Shown piece after piece: positions 40,855-49,458 of a DNA stretch of 64,000 nt. A model generated the notes under the pieces. It made no database searches and was not told the origin of the DNA. It saw only the letters and a list, made by a program, of their open reading frames with translations. A program made the translations under genes and the position numbers. How positions within the stretch are numbered: position 1 is the stretch's first letter; every line of letters starts with the position of its first letter. The DNA comes from Blastocatellia bacterium (GTDB lineage Bacteria > Acidobacteriota > Blastocatellia > UBA7656), in contig CAVXWP010000008.1 in the NCBI GenBank assembly GCA_963765495.1, positions 352,001 through 416,000 on the forward strand. Reading direction: 5' to 3'.

Positions 40855-42678
40855 TCAGACGGCGACCGCCGCCCGTGTGTCGTCATAAACGCGGTCAATC
40901 AACTTCTCGTACTTCTTCTCGATCACGTTGCGCCGGGGCTTAAGAGTCGGTGTCAACTCTTCGGCCTCTACCGTCAACTCGTGATCCAACAGGATCACCT
41001 TTTTTACTTTCTCGAACCTGGCAAGACCGGGAGTGAATTTGTCTACCTGCCGCTCCATCAAATCCAATATCAGCGGATCAGCCGTCAAATCGGTTTTCTT
41101 TGAATATGCGATTCCCTTTAAGTCTGCGTAATTCTTTAACATCTCCATGTTGGGAACGATAAGCGCCGAGACGAATTTGCGACCATTACCCACGACTACT
41201 ACCTGAGAAACAAATCGGCTTGATTTGATAAGGCTTTCGAGTTGCTGTGGAGCTACGTATTTGCCGCCGCTCGTCTTTATCAGGTCTTTCTTGCGGTCGG
41301 TTATCACAAGAAACCCGTCCGAATCTATGTGACCTATGTCGCCTGTTTTGAACCAGCCATCATCGGTGAAAGCCCTCTCATTTTCCGCCGGGCGGTTATA
41401 ATAGCCCGTCATCACCGTATCGCCTTTGACCAGTATCTCTCCATCTGAGGCAATCTGAACCTGGACATTATCCATGACGGGGCCGACCGTTCCGATTCGA
41501 TTGCGCTCAATTGTGTTACAGGAAATTGAAGGGGATGTTTCGGTCAATCCATACCCTTGCAGTATCGAAAGACCTGCCCCTGCAAACAGGTAGGCTATCT
41601 CAGGCGCAAGAGATGCGCCGCCCGAGATAAAGAGCCGTATCCTTCCTCCCATCACATCTCGCCATTTCACAAAAACAAGTTTGTCGGCGATCTTATGCTC
41701 AAGCGTAAGCAGCAACCCTATCGTTTGCCCCCTGTCTTTTCGCTCTGCCCATTGCTTGCCTATACCCAGCGACCAGGCAAAAATCTGCTTTCGTGGAAAC
41801 CCGGCTGCCATTCCGCGTTCGACGATCTTTGCGTAAATTTTCTCAAACATGCGCGGCACACTCGTCATCACAGTCGGGCGCGCTTCGAGAAGATTTCTTG
41901 CGACCGCGTCAATGCTTTCCGCATAAACGATGACCGTGCCCGAATGCGCATAAAGATACCAGACCGACCGCTCGAAAATGTGTGTGAAGGGCAAATACGT
42001 CAGCGCAATATCATGTTCATCGCCTCGATAGAGCCAGTGATATGAATTCAAAGCGTTTGTCGTTAGGTTTTTGTGCGTCAAGACCACGCCTTTGGGGTCG
42101 CCGGTCGTTCCCGATGTGTAGAGCAATGTAGCCGTATCTTCAGCTTCAACAGCCTGCCACAATTTCTCGTAAAGTCCGGGTTGATGCTCCCCTAATCTGT
42201 GCCCCCTCTCGACAAGCGAGGGTGAGTCTGACGAGGATTGATCACCATTCAGAATAGACCATTTTCTTAAAACGATAACGCAGTCGAGCGACCCCACACG
42301 CTGTTTCAATTCCAGTGCATCCTGAAGAAAGGTTTCCGATACGAAAATGGCGCGAGCACCTGAATCCTTGAGAATGAACTCGACTTGATTTCGAGTTTGA
42401 GTCGCGTAAATCGGAATATCAATCCCGCCTATGGCCAGGGTTGCCAGATCAGCCAGATTCCACTCCGGGCAGTTTTCCGACCAGATTGCGAGTTTGTCGC
42501 CCGCTTGAAAATTCAAATCGTGCAGCCCGAGCGCGAGTACCCGGATATTCTCGGCGACTTCGTTGAATGTGAGCGATTGCCATTCACCGGATACTTTAAA
42601 ACGCAGAAATTCGGATTCGCCCGCACGCTTGACCGCGTCTCTGAAAAGCTCGTTCAGTGTCGTGGGCTCGGTCCCCAT
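40855..42678 (-). CDS. fadD: Long-chain fatty acid-CoA ligase
   Basis: YTSGTTGDPKG, QGYGLTE, ITDRKKDLIKTSGGK and ELTPTLK; ATG at 42678 with AGGAG RBS. Confidence 0.88.
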   Translation of the reverse strand: MGTEPTTLNELFRDAVKRAGESEFLRFKVSGEWQSLTFNEVAENIRVLALGLHDLNFQAGDKLAIWSENCPEWNLADLATLAIGGIDIPIYATQTRNQVEFILKDSGARAIFVSETFLQDALELKQRVGSLDCVIVLRKWSILNGDQSSSDSPSLVERGHRLGEHQPGLYEKLWQAVEAEDTATLLYTSGTTGDPKGVVLTHKNLTTNALNSYHWLYRGDEHDIALTYLPFTHIFERSVWYLYAHSGTVIVYAESIDAVARNLLEARPTVMTSVPRMFEKIYAKIVERGMAAGFPRKQIFAWSLGIGKQWAERKDRGQTIGLLLTLEHKIADKLVFVKWRDVMGGRIRLFISGGASLAPEIAYLFAGAGLSILQGYGLTETSPSISCNTIERNRIGTVGPVMDNVQVQIASDGEILVKGDTVMTGYYNRPAENERAFTDDGWFKTGDIGHIDSDGFLVITDRKKDLIKTSGGKYVAPQQLESLIKSSRFVSQVVVVGNGRKFVSALIVPNMEMLKNYADLKGIAYSKKTDLTADPLILDLMERQVDKFTPGLARFEKVKKVILLDHELTVEAEELTPTLKPRRNVIEKKYEKLIDRVYDDTRAAVAV

Positions 42679-42691
42679 AGTGCTCCTATGC

Positions 42692-43309
42692 TCAGACTGC
42701 TTCACCCTGCTCACGCTCCGTGATTCCATTAAAGATGATGTCAACAATCTGGTCAGCCATCGCTGTCAGGCTGTATCGCCTGCGGGTCAAAACCCAGTTT
42801 GTCACCATTTCGTCGAGCGCCCCAAATAATACCTTTGCCACGATCTTCGTATTCAGCCCCTGCCTGAACACGCCGCGCTTCTGCCCCTCGTCAATCGCGG
42901 TCCTTATCAGTTCCAGATATTCTGTTACCTTTGTGGCTGAAAACTGCTCCATGAATTTGCTCGACGATCTAAGCTCAACCTGAAAGACCACGGCAAGGTC
43001 CCGGTCATCTTCAAACCTCTCCAGATGCCTCTTTATGACGCGCTTCAATTTCTCTACCGGATCATCTATCTCGGCAAGGCTCGCCCGGCCTCTCGCAAGC
43101 GCCTCTTCCATAACGTGGTTGAAGATCGAAACGAGTATGTCGTCTTTATTCTTGAAATAGAGATAAACCGTGCCGTCGGCCACCCCGGCTTCCCGAGCCA
43201 CGTCGGCTACTTTCGAATTAAAAAAACCGCTGCGGGCGAAAACCTTTATCGCCGCGCGGAGTATTACCTCGTATTTCCCGTTGGACTTCTCTCTTGATTG
43301 CGATGACAT
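42692..43309 (-). CDS. fadR: TetR family fatty-acid degradation regulator (Bacillus FadR/YsiA type)
   Basis: HTH VAREAGVADGTVYLYFKNK and FQVELR; first gene of the fad operon. Confidence 0.85.
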   Translation of the reverse strand: MSSQSREKSNGKYEVILRAAIKVFARSGFFNSKVADVAREAGVADGTVYLYFKNKDDILVSIFNHVMEEALARGRASLAEIDDPVEKLKRVIKRHLERFEDDRDLAVVFQVELRSSSKFMEQFSATKVTEYLELIRTAIDEGQKRGVFRQGLNTKIVAKVLFGALDEMVTNWVLTRRRYSLTAMADQIVDIIFNGITEREQGEAV

Positions 43310-43327
43310 GCCGGCCTCAAATAAAAA

Positions 43328-43347
43328 ATGAATGATGGTTCATTCAT
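43328..43347. promoter_or_regulatory. FadR (TetR) operator palindrome
   Basis: ATGAATGA-TGGT-TCATTCAT just upstream of fadR; matches the B. subtilis FadR box pattern TGAATGA-N4-TCATTCA. Confidence 0.85.
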
Positions 43348-43402
43348 CTTATTTATACATCCTAAATGAACCGGGTTGCAAGGATATTTTTTGAAGTGGA
43401 AG

Positions 43403-46400
43403 TTATTGTTCTACATCGGGGGGGATCTGATTGAGAATTGCAGCGGCCTCTTCCTTTGTGGATGCGCGCCAGAGTCTTATCGTGTTGTCGAGCCCGCCCG
43501 TCGCCAGAGTATCGCCCGACTTTGAAAACGCTACCGAACGCCCTCCCCACGCGTCCCGGATCGTCATAATATCCTGCCAGGTAGTAGTATCCCAGAGCTT
43601 TACCGATCTGTCATAGCTGCCCGAAGCAAGCCGCTTCCCATCCGGTGAATAGACCAGCGAACCAATGCCGTTTGCGTGTCCTTCGAGTCTGGCTATTTCC
43701 TGCCTCCCTGCCACGCGCCAGATCCGTATGGTCCTGTCCTTGCTCCCCGCCGCAAGCGTGCTCCCGTCAGGGGAAAACGCGACCGAGAGAAAATCCTCGC
43801 CATTTCCACTAAAGGTGCCGATATCTTTCCCACTGGCCGCGTCCCAGAGCTTGACAGTTTCGTCAGCGCTTGCAGTCGCGATTATCCTGCCGTCAGGGGA
43901 AAATGCCAGGCAGTAAATTCTGTCCCCGTGCGCCGAAATTGAAGCTATGCTTCCGCCGGTCGCAACATCCCAGAGCCTCAAAAACCCGTCGCTTCCTCCG
44001 GCTGCAAGCAACCTTCCGTCGGGAGAAAACCTGACACAGAGAATTTCAGCGTTCTCAGTATTTAAGATTTTCAGGCATTGACCATCGGCTACCTGCCAGA
44101 CCCTCGCTGTCTTGTCATCGCTCCCCGAAGCTATAAGCTTTCCGTCGGGAGAAAAGACTACGGATAACACCTTGCCCTGATGTCCATTTAGCGTATTCAG
44201 TACGCCACCGGATCGCTTTTCCCATATTTTTATAGATTGGTCGTCGCTTGCCGAGGCCAATTCATTGCCGTCCGGCGAGAAGGCGACTGACTCCACCCAG
44301 TCGGTATGGCCGCGTAAGATTCCAAGCCCTCGCCCCGCCGATACATCCCACAACTTGGCTGTATTGTCGTCGCTTCCAGAGGCAAGCAGGTTTCCGTCCG
44401 GCGAGAAGGCTACCGATTCCACCCAGTCATTGTGGTCGCCAAGCAGCACCAACTCTTCGTGCAGAGAAACATCCCAGATTCTTATGGTTTTGTCCTGCCC
44501 CCCGCTGGCAAGCCTTCTGCCGTCGGGTGAAAATACAAGCGATTCTACCGCTCCCTCATGACCTTCAAGAGCCTCAAGCTCGGTCCACGTAGCGACATCC
44601 CACAACCTGATCCTCGAATCGGGACTGCCCGATGCCAGAGTCTTTCCGTCGGGTGAAAAAGCAATCGGAGGAAACGATTTCGCCAGGCTTTCGCTCCTGA
44701 CGCCTTTGAGTGTGGCCAGTTCCCTTCCCGATAAGACATCCCATATTCGAACGTCGTGATCATAACTCCCCGTGGCAACGAGCCTTCCATCGGGCGAAAA
44801 TACGGCTGTCTCGACAGCATCCTGATGCCCTAACAAAGCAAATAATTCGCGTCCTGTAGCCACGTCCCATAGCCTTGCCGTCTTATCCTTGCTCCCGGAA
44901 AGTAGTGTCCGACCGTCGGGCGATAAAACAGTAATTTCAACATCCCCTTCGTGCCCCCGGAAAACTTTCAGACGCTCGTTTGAGGTTACATCCCATAATT
45001 CGATGACCCCACTTGAATTTATAAGCGCAAGCGGCCTCCCGTCGGGGGTAAAGCTGATCGATGTCACGCTGCAACTCTTTCGATTAAACCGGCTCTTCTC
45101 TTTCCGCGAGGCAACGTCCCACAACTTCACCGTTCCGTCTACTGACCCCGTAGCCACCGTCTTCCCATCAGGAGAAAATATAGTCGCGTAAATCCAGCCA
45201 TCGTGATCCATCGTGAAGAGTTCACTGTGAGAAAGATGCCACAGGTAATACCACTCAAATCCACGAAAATCCTCCTGGCCGGGCTTTGGGCTTGTGTGAT
45301 TACCCAATAGATCGAGAAGCCGCTTTGTATTCGCCATCTCCCAGGCCTGCTGTGCCCTGCTTATGTTTGCCAGATATTGCAGTCTTCGATTTGCCTTCTC
45401 TTCATTTATTGCGCGGTTTCTCTCGCGGTAGGCAAAGACCAGGAGGGCGGCCATTATGATTACGATTACGGCTCCAACTGATGCGGCCTGAATAAGGCCG
45501 CGCCTGAATGCCGCCCGTTGTCGCCTCAACTCCGCATCCGGCATGTTTGAGATGATCCACTCTTTGTCAAATACGTTTTCGTAAATCCGGTTCCTGACCT
45601 TTAGATATCCATCCTGGACGCGAACGATCCCCGCCAGCCGCAAATGGTTTACTATCGGGCTGGTCTCATCATCGATTACACGCTTGCCTGACCGCACGTT
45701 CCCGTAGGAGTCGAGCACGGTGGCCACATCCGTCCGTCCGCGCACCATCCTATCCCGCACAAACAGAAGGTTGTCATCCTGTTGTCTGGCCGAGGTGCTC
45801 AAAAACATGCTTTTGCAGAGTCGATCTACGTCTGCCTTTGTTTTGACGCTTTCGTCTTCGGCAATCGCCCGGCAGAGCCGTTGCGTGAGGTATGGATGAC
45901 CACCCGTCCAGTAAAGTGCGCGACTTGCAAGTTCTAATCCTGTGGTGCCGTTTTTTCCAAGACCCTGGCTCAACTGTTTGGCGTCATCTTCGATAAAATC
46001 AGACAACTCTATGCGGCGGCCGATGTTGAAGGGAGTAGTGCGGGTGTCGCGGATCAAATCGCCGGGCGTTGCTACACCAAGAAGACAGAAGGTCACTCGC
46101 AACAACTCCGAGTCTTCGGTGCGCCGATTATAGAGTTCCCGTATCGCGGCAAAAAATTCGTCTGTTGAAAAGGGGAGGCTGCGGACCGCGTCTATCTCGT
46201 CAATAAAGATCACGACCCGCTTATCAATTGTTTCAAGGACAACTTCGCGGATGGCTCGCATCCATCGTTGTAGAGGAGCTACACGCTCGTTATCGAGCCA
46301 GAAATCTTCGAGTTCGTCTTCAAGGTCGAGTTGCTGGCCTACCCTCGCAAGCAGGCCGTCATACCACTGTTCCGGGGCCAGATTCTGACCGATTGCCGTC

Positions 46401-46627
46401 AGGTCCACGACGGCTACGGCAGCCCCTTCCTCCCTCAGCCGGACAGCTGTTCGCACCATCAAGGAAGACTTCCCCATCTGCCTTGATGTAAGCACATAGC
46501 AAAAGTCTCCCCCTGATAGAAATCTGTAAAGGTCGAGGTCCGCCTCTCGCTGTACATAGCTTGGCGCGTCGCGCGCAAGCGTGCCGCCGACTACGTAAAA
46601 GCTCGATTGCTGGCCATAGCCGGTCAT
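43403..46627 (-). CDS. AAA_35 (STAND-like NTPase)-TM-WD40 repeat protein
   Basis: YVQREAD; Walker A TSRQMGKSS; Walker B IFIDEID; TPFNIG; WTGGHPYL; one hydrophobic helix; 14 SPDG...W(D) repeats. Confidence 0.92.
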   Translation of the reverse strand: MTGYGQQSSFYVVGGTLARDAPSYVQREADLDLYRFLSGGDFCYVLTSRQMGKSSLMVRTAVRLREEGAAVAVVDLTAIGQNLAPEQWYDGLLARVGQQLDLEDELEDFWLDNERVAPLQRWMRAIREVVLETIDKRVVIFIDEIDAVRSLPFSTDEFFAAIRELYNRRTEDSELLRVTFCLLGVATPGDLIRDTRTTPFNIGRRIELSDFIEDDAKQLSQGLGKNGTTGLELASRALYWTGGHPYLTQRLCRAIAEDESVKTKADVDRLCKSMFLSTSARQQDDNLLFVRDRMVRGRTDVATVLDSYGNVRSGKRVIDDETSPIVNHLRLAGIVRVQDGYLKVRNRIYENVFDKEWIISNMPDAELRRQRAAFRRGLIQAASVGAVIVIIMAALLVFAYRERNRAINEEKANRRLQYLANISRAQQAWEMANTKRLLDLLGNHTSPKPGQEDFRGFEWYYLWHLSHSELFTMDHDGWIYATIFSPDGKTVATGSVDGTVKLWDVASRKEKSRFNRKSCSVTSISFTPDGRPLALINSSGVIELWDVTSNERLKVFRGHEGDVEITVLSPDGRTLLSGSKDKTARLWDVATGRELFALLGHQDAVETAVFSPDGRLVATGSYDHDVRIWDVLSGRELATLKGVRSESLAKSFPPIAFSPDGKTLASGSPDSRIRLWDVATWTELEALEGHEGAVESLVFSPDGRRLASGGQDKTIRIWDVSLHEELVLLGDHNDWVESVAFSPDGNLLASGSDDNTAKLWDVSAGRGLGILRGHTDWVESVAFSPDGNELASASDDQSIKIWEKRSGGVLNTLNGHQGKVLSVVFSPDGKLIASGSDDKTARVWQVADGQCLKILNTENAEILCVRFSPDGRLLAAGGSDGFLRLWDVATGGSIASISAHGDRIYCLAFSPDGRIIATASADETVKLWDAASGKDIGTFSGNGEDFLSVAFSPDGSTLAAGSKDRTIRIWRVAGRQEIARLEGHANGIGSLVYSPDGKRLASGSYDRSVKLWDTTTWQDIMTIRDAWGGRSVAFSKSGDTLATGGLDNTIRLWRASTKEEAAAILNQIPPDVEQ

Positions 46628-46643
46628 AGCGAATCCTCTAAAA

Positions 46644-48656
46644 TCAAAGCAGGTGGCGTCCGAGGTAGGTAGCGTAAAGCCTGCAACGTGGCCTCGCGTC
46701 GTTTGATGAGGCCCCCGTCATCAGCCCGGCACTCCTCAATCTGTAAAAACTCTCATCATCAGGCGAGGGCTTCCCGCGAAGCAGTTCCCGCACAACATCG
46801 CAAAGCTCTTCATCCTGAGCAAGAAGCACGAGAAAACGTCGCAGGTGATCGCCAAACGGCCCTTCGTCACGGTCCGCGACAGCCTCAAATTGCGCGAGCC
46901 CAATCCCTTCGTTTACAAGCTCGTAAAGACCTCGCCTCACAAGGTAAGGCTGCCCGCCTACAAGTCCGTGAAAACGCGATACCTCATCCCCACTCCCGAG
47001 AGGTGAACCATACCGATCATTCAGGTCGGCGATCTGCTCCCTAGTAAAATCTTCGATCACAAGCCTTGTCCCCACATTGAAGGGGGATTGATTCAAATCG
47101 GTGATGAAAAGATGAGCCTCCGTCGCATAGGATATGGCAAGCGTAAGACGCTGCCACGGGCCTGTTGGGTCAAGCGATCTCTCGTTATGCCAGGACCGGA
47201 ACAACCCGAATACCTCGCTGCCGTAATCGGTTGTGAAAAGTCGGTCCACCTCATCCAATCCCCAGACTATATGCTCGGGGATTTTATTTAGCACTTCTCT
47301 TCTGATGTATCGCTCGAAATTGATGCTTGGGCCTCGGCGGGTGTTCCACACATCCTCGGGCGAGACATCGAGGTCAAGCTGATCTTCGACCATCTCTGCA
47401 AGCGTCAGAAAGAATGATTCAACAGACTCCATGTGCTCGGCGTTAAACCGCTGGAAATCGGTCAGGACTATCTTCGCTCCTTCCTTTCGCGCCTGCTGAA
47501 GACCTCGTGCCAGCAGAGAGGTTTTCCCCATCTGTCGTGCCCCTTTTACCAGCACTATAGAATCGTGACGGGCGATGGCTGAACAGAAGTCATCGTCGGT
47601 CTCTCTGACGATATAGAACTCCGAATCGAGCGGGACCGCGCCCCCGATAGATTCGAGCCGCTGCCGCTTGCGCTCGGCGACGGGTGGATGACGAAGGCTG
47701 TTTATCAGTTCGGAAACCATCCGTTCAGTATCTTCCGGGCCTTCCCACAGCGCGTATTGCAGGGGCGCGAGTATGCTCCCTATAGGATCTGAAATCGGCC
47801 CTTCATACCCAACCCTTATTGGCAGCAACCTCGGCTTGCCATGCCTTTTTTGTGCTTCGTCGTGAGCTATCTGGATTTCATAGGCCACCATTTCACTCAC
47901 CATAGAAGCAGGAGAAAGCAAGGGAATAACAGCCTCGGAATTGCGAACCTGCTGCTCGATCTCCTTCGCCCATTCGACCCCGATTGACATGTGACGGTCG
48001 ATGAACACATTGAACCCCTCTTCTGATAACCTCACTTCAAGCTGTTGGAGCAAATCCTCATCGGGCTTCGCATTTCGCTTATACAATAGTGCAATCTTCA
48101 TAGCGTCAGTCTCGACAGCTGCTGCGCTACCCTGAGATGCAGATGCCACCACAGACTCGGAAGGCACTGCGGCAACAGGGGCTCGTGCGATTGGTGCTGG
48201 TGGGGGCTCGGCCTCCCTCTCCATCGCCGCTTTTACGCGTTCGACGATCTTCACCAGCGCCACATTCATCTGTGAGGGGCTCAAACTGTCGAGAGGTTCA
48301 GTGGGGTTGTTTGCGGCCTGATAATTTCCTATTTCGGTCTCGTTATAAAGCGACGCGCTGACTGCAATCCACAATATCGTCAAGCCTTCATTTTCAGCGG
48401 CCTGCAAAAGAGGCAACAACTCTTCATTTGCAATAAAATCGGAAGCAAGGAAATTCGGGCTTACAAGCAGGATGGCCACCTTTGCCGATGCGAGCGCGTT
48501 TGTTATCGTATCTTTCCACTTCGCCCCGGAAAGGATTCGGGTGTCATCCCAGACCGATATACTGCTTTTGCGTTCGAGCGGTTTGAGATGGATTTGAAGT
48601 CGATCCAACCATTCCCTGTCACTATGACTGTAGCTGATGAAGACCTGATTTCGCAT
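46644..48656 (-). CDS. TIR-TIR-AAA_35 protein
   Basis: TIR1 VFISYSHSD...[18 protein letters not shown]; TIR2 VFIDR...[16 protein letters not shown]; Walker [10 protein letters not shown]; Walker B GLDEVD; SPFNVG; GGQPYL. Confidence 0.92.
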   Translation of the reverse strand: MRNQVFISYSHSDREWLDRLQIHLKPLERKSSISVWDDTRILSGAKWKDTITNALASAKVAILLVSPNFLASDFIANEELLPLLQAAENEGLTILWIAVSASLYNETEIGNYQAANNPTEPLDSLSPSQMNVALVKIVERVKAAMEREAEPPPAPIARAPVAAVPSESVVASASQGSAAAVETDAMKIALLYKRNAKPDEDLLQQLEVRLSEEGFNVFIDRHMSIGVEWAKEIEQQVRNSEAVIPLLSPASMVSEMVAYEIQIAHDEAQKRHGKPRLLPIRVGYEGPISDPIGSILAPLQYALWEGPEDTERMVSELINSLRHPPVAERKRQRLESIGGAVPLDSEFYIVRETDDDFCSAIARHDSIVLVKGARQMGKTSLLARGLQQARKEGAKIVLTDFQRFNAEHMESVESFFLTLAEMVEDQLDLDVSPEDVWNTRRGPSINFERYIRREVLNKIPEHIVWGLDEVDRLFTTDYGSEVFGLFRSWHNERSLDPTGPWQRLTLAISYATEAHLFITDLNQSPFNVGTRLVIEDFTREQIADLNDRYGSPLGSGDEVSRFHGLVGGQPYLVRRGLYELVNEGIGLAQFEAVADRDEGPFGDHLRRFLVLLAQDEELCDVVRELLRGKPSPDDESFYRLRSAGLMTGASSNDARPRCRLYATYLGRHLL

Positions 48657-48700
48657 AACTGCGGAAATTACCCTCGCAAGGTTGAAGATGATCGGGGCGG

Positions 48701-48729
48701 ATATTACAACAAGGGGGTTGGTCTGTCAA
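48701..48729 (-). promoter_or_regulatory. Putative sigma-70 promoter of the TIR/AAA_35 operon
   Basis: Minus strand TTGACA-N17-TAATAT, ~45 bp upstream of the ATG. Confidence 0.6.
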
Positions 48730-48820
48730 TGGGGGTAACCGGCGTAACAGACATCCGTATGCGATGTGCCGATTAATATTCACTTCCCCAGATGAAAACG
48801 TGTGAATGGTTGAATATTTA

Positions 48821-48875
48821 GATAGAATTAACAGGAGGGTTGAGATATGGCTGGAACAATCCTGTTAATCTTGCC
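48821..48875. repeat. Intergenic inverted-repeat element, copy C
   Basis: GATAGAATTAACAGGA ... AATCCTGTTAATCTTGCC, same family as copies A and B. Confidence 0.65.
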
Positions 48876-48917
48876 AAATTCTATCTCGCTTTTCTCGGAT
48901 CACGAATTATCTTAAAT

Positions 48918-49379
48918 TTAACCATCGATCGGCCGGAGTCTTTCAAGCGCATGCATGACCAGGGCGCGGACATGGATTGATTCTTCTATCTCTTGTCTGA
49001 ACTTCAGCGGTTCTATCGCTCGCAAATCACCCAGGCTCGCCAGTGCGATGGCCACAGCGCCTCGAACCGAGGCGTCATTATCATCGAGCGCGTTGACCAG
49101 GGAGGAAAACATTCGCGGGTCCCTGCGGCCTTCCTCGCACATCCTAGTCAGCCCCTCCGCGGCTCGCTGTCGCGCAAAGGGGGAAATATCTCTCAGGGAC
49201 TCGATAAGGCTGAACAGACGCGCGTCGCCAGATACTGGCTGTCGGGGTTGTAGAGGCTCACCAGGGTCATATCCTCGCCGCCTTAGATACAGTTTTTCGT
49301 TGAGGCTCATTGCCCGGTTGGAGTTGAACCACCATACGGAGGCAAAGATGATCACTGCGATAAAAATGACCAGAAACAT
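48918..49379 (-). CDS. Membrane-anchored HEAT-repeat protein
   Basis: N-terminal TM helix; HEAT-like LVNALDDNDASVRGAVAIALASLGD. Confidence 0.8.
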   Translation of the reverse strand: MFLVIFIAVIIFASVWWFNSNRAMSLNEKLYLRRRGYDPGEPLQPRQPVSGDARLFSLIESLRDISPFARQRAAEGLTRMCEEGRRDPRMFSSLVNALDDNDASVRGAVAIALASLGDLRAIEPLKFRQEIEESIHVRALVMHALERLRPIDG

Positions 49380-49458
49380 ATCAAATCGAGGTTAAGGTTT
49401 GTGCGCGCTTTCAAGATTTCTGTATTGCGACAGCGTTTGAGGGGCGCGCAGCCGAATG

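Noticed and set aside
43403-45230. CRISPR array or DNA repeat array
   Set aside because: The ~126-bp periodicity is WD40 coding repeats; there are no identical repeats with unique spacers and no cas genes.
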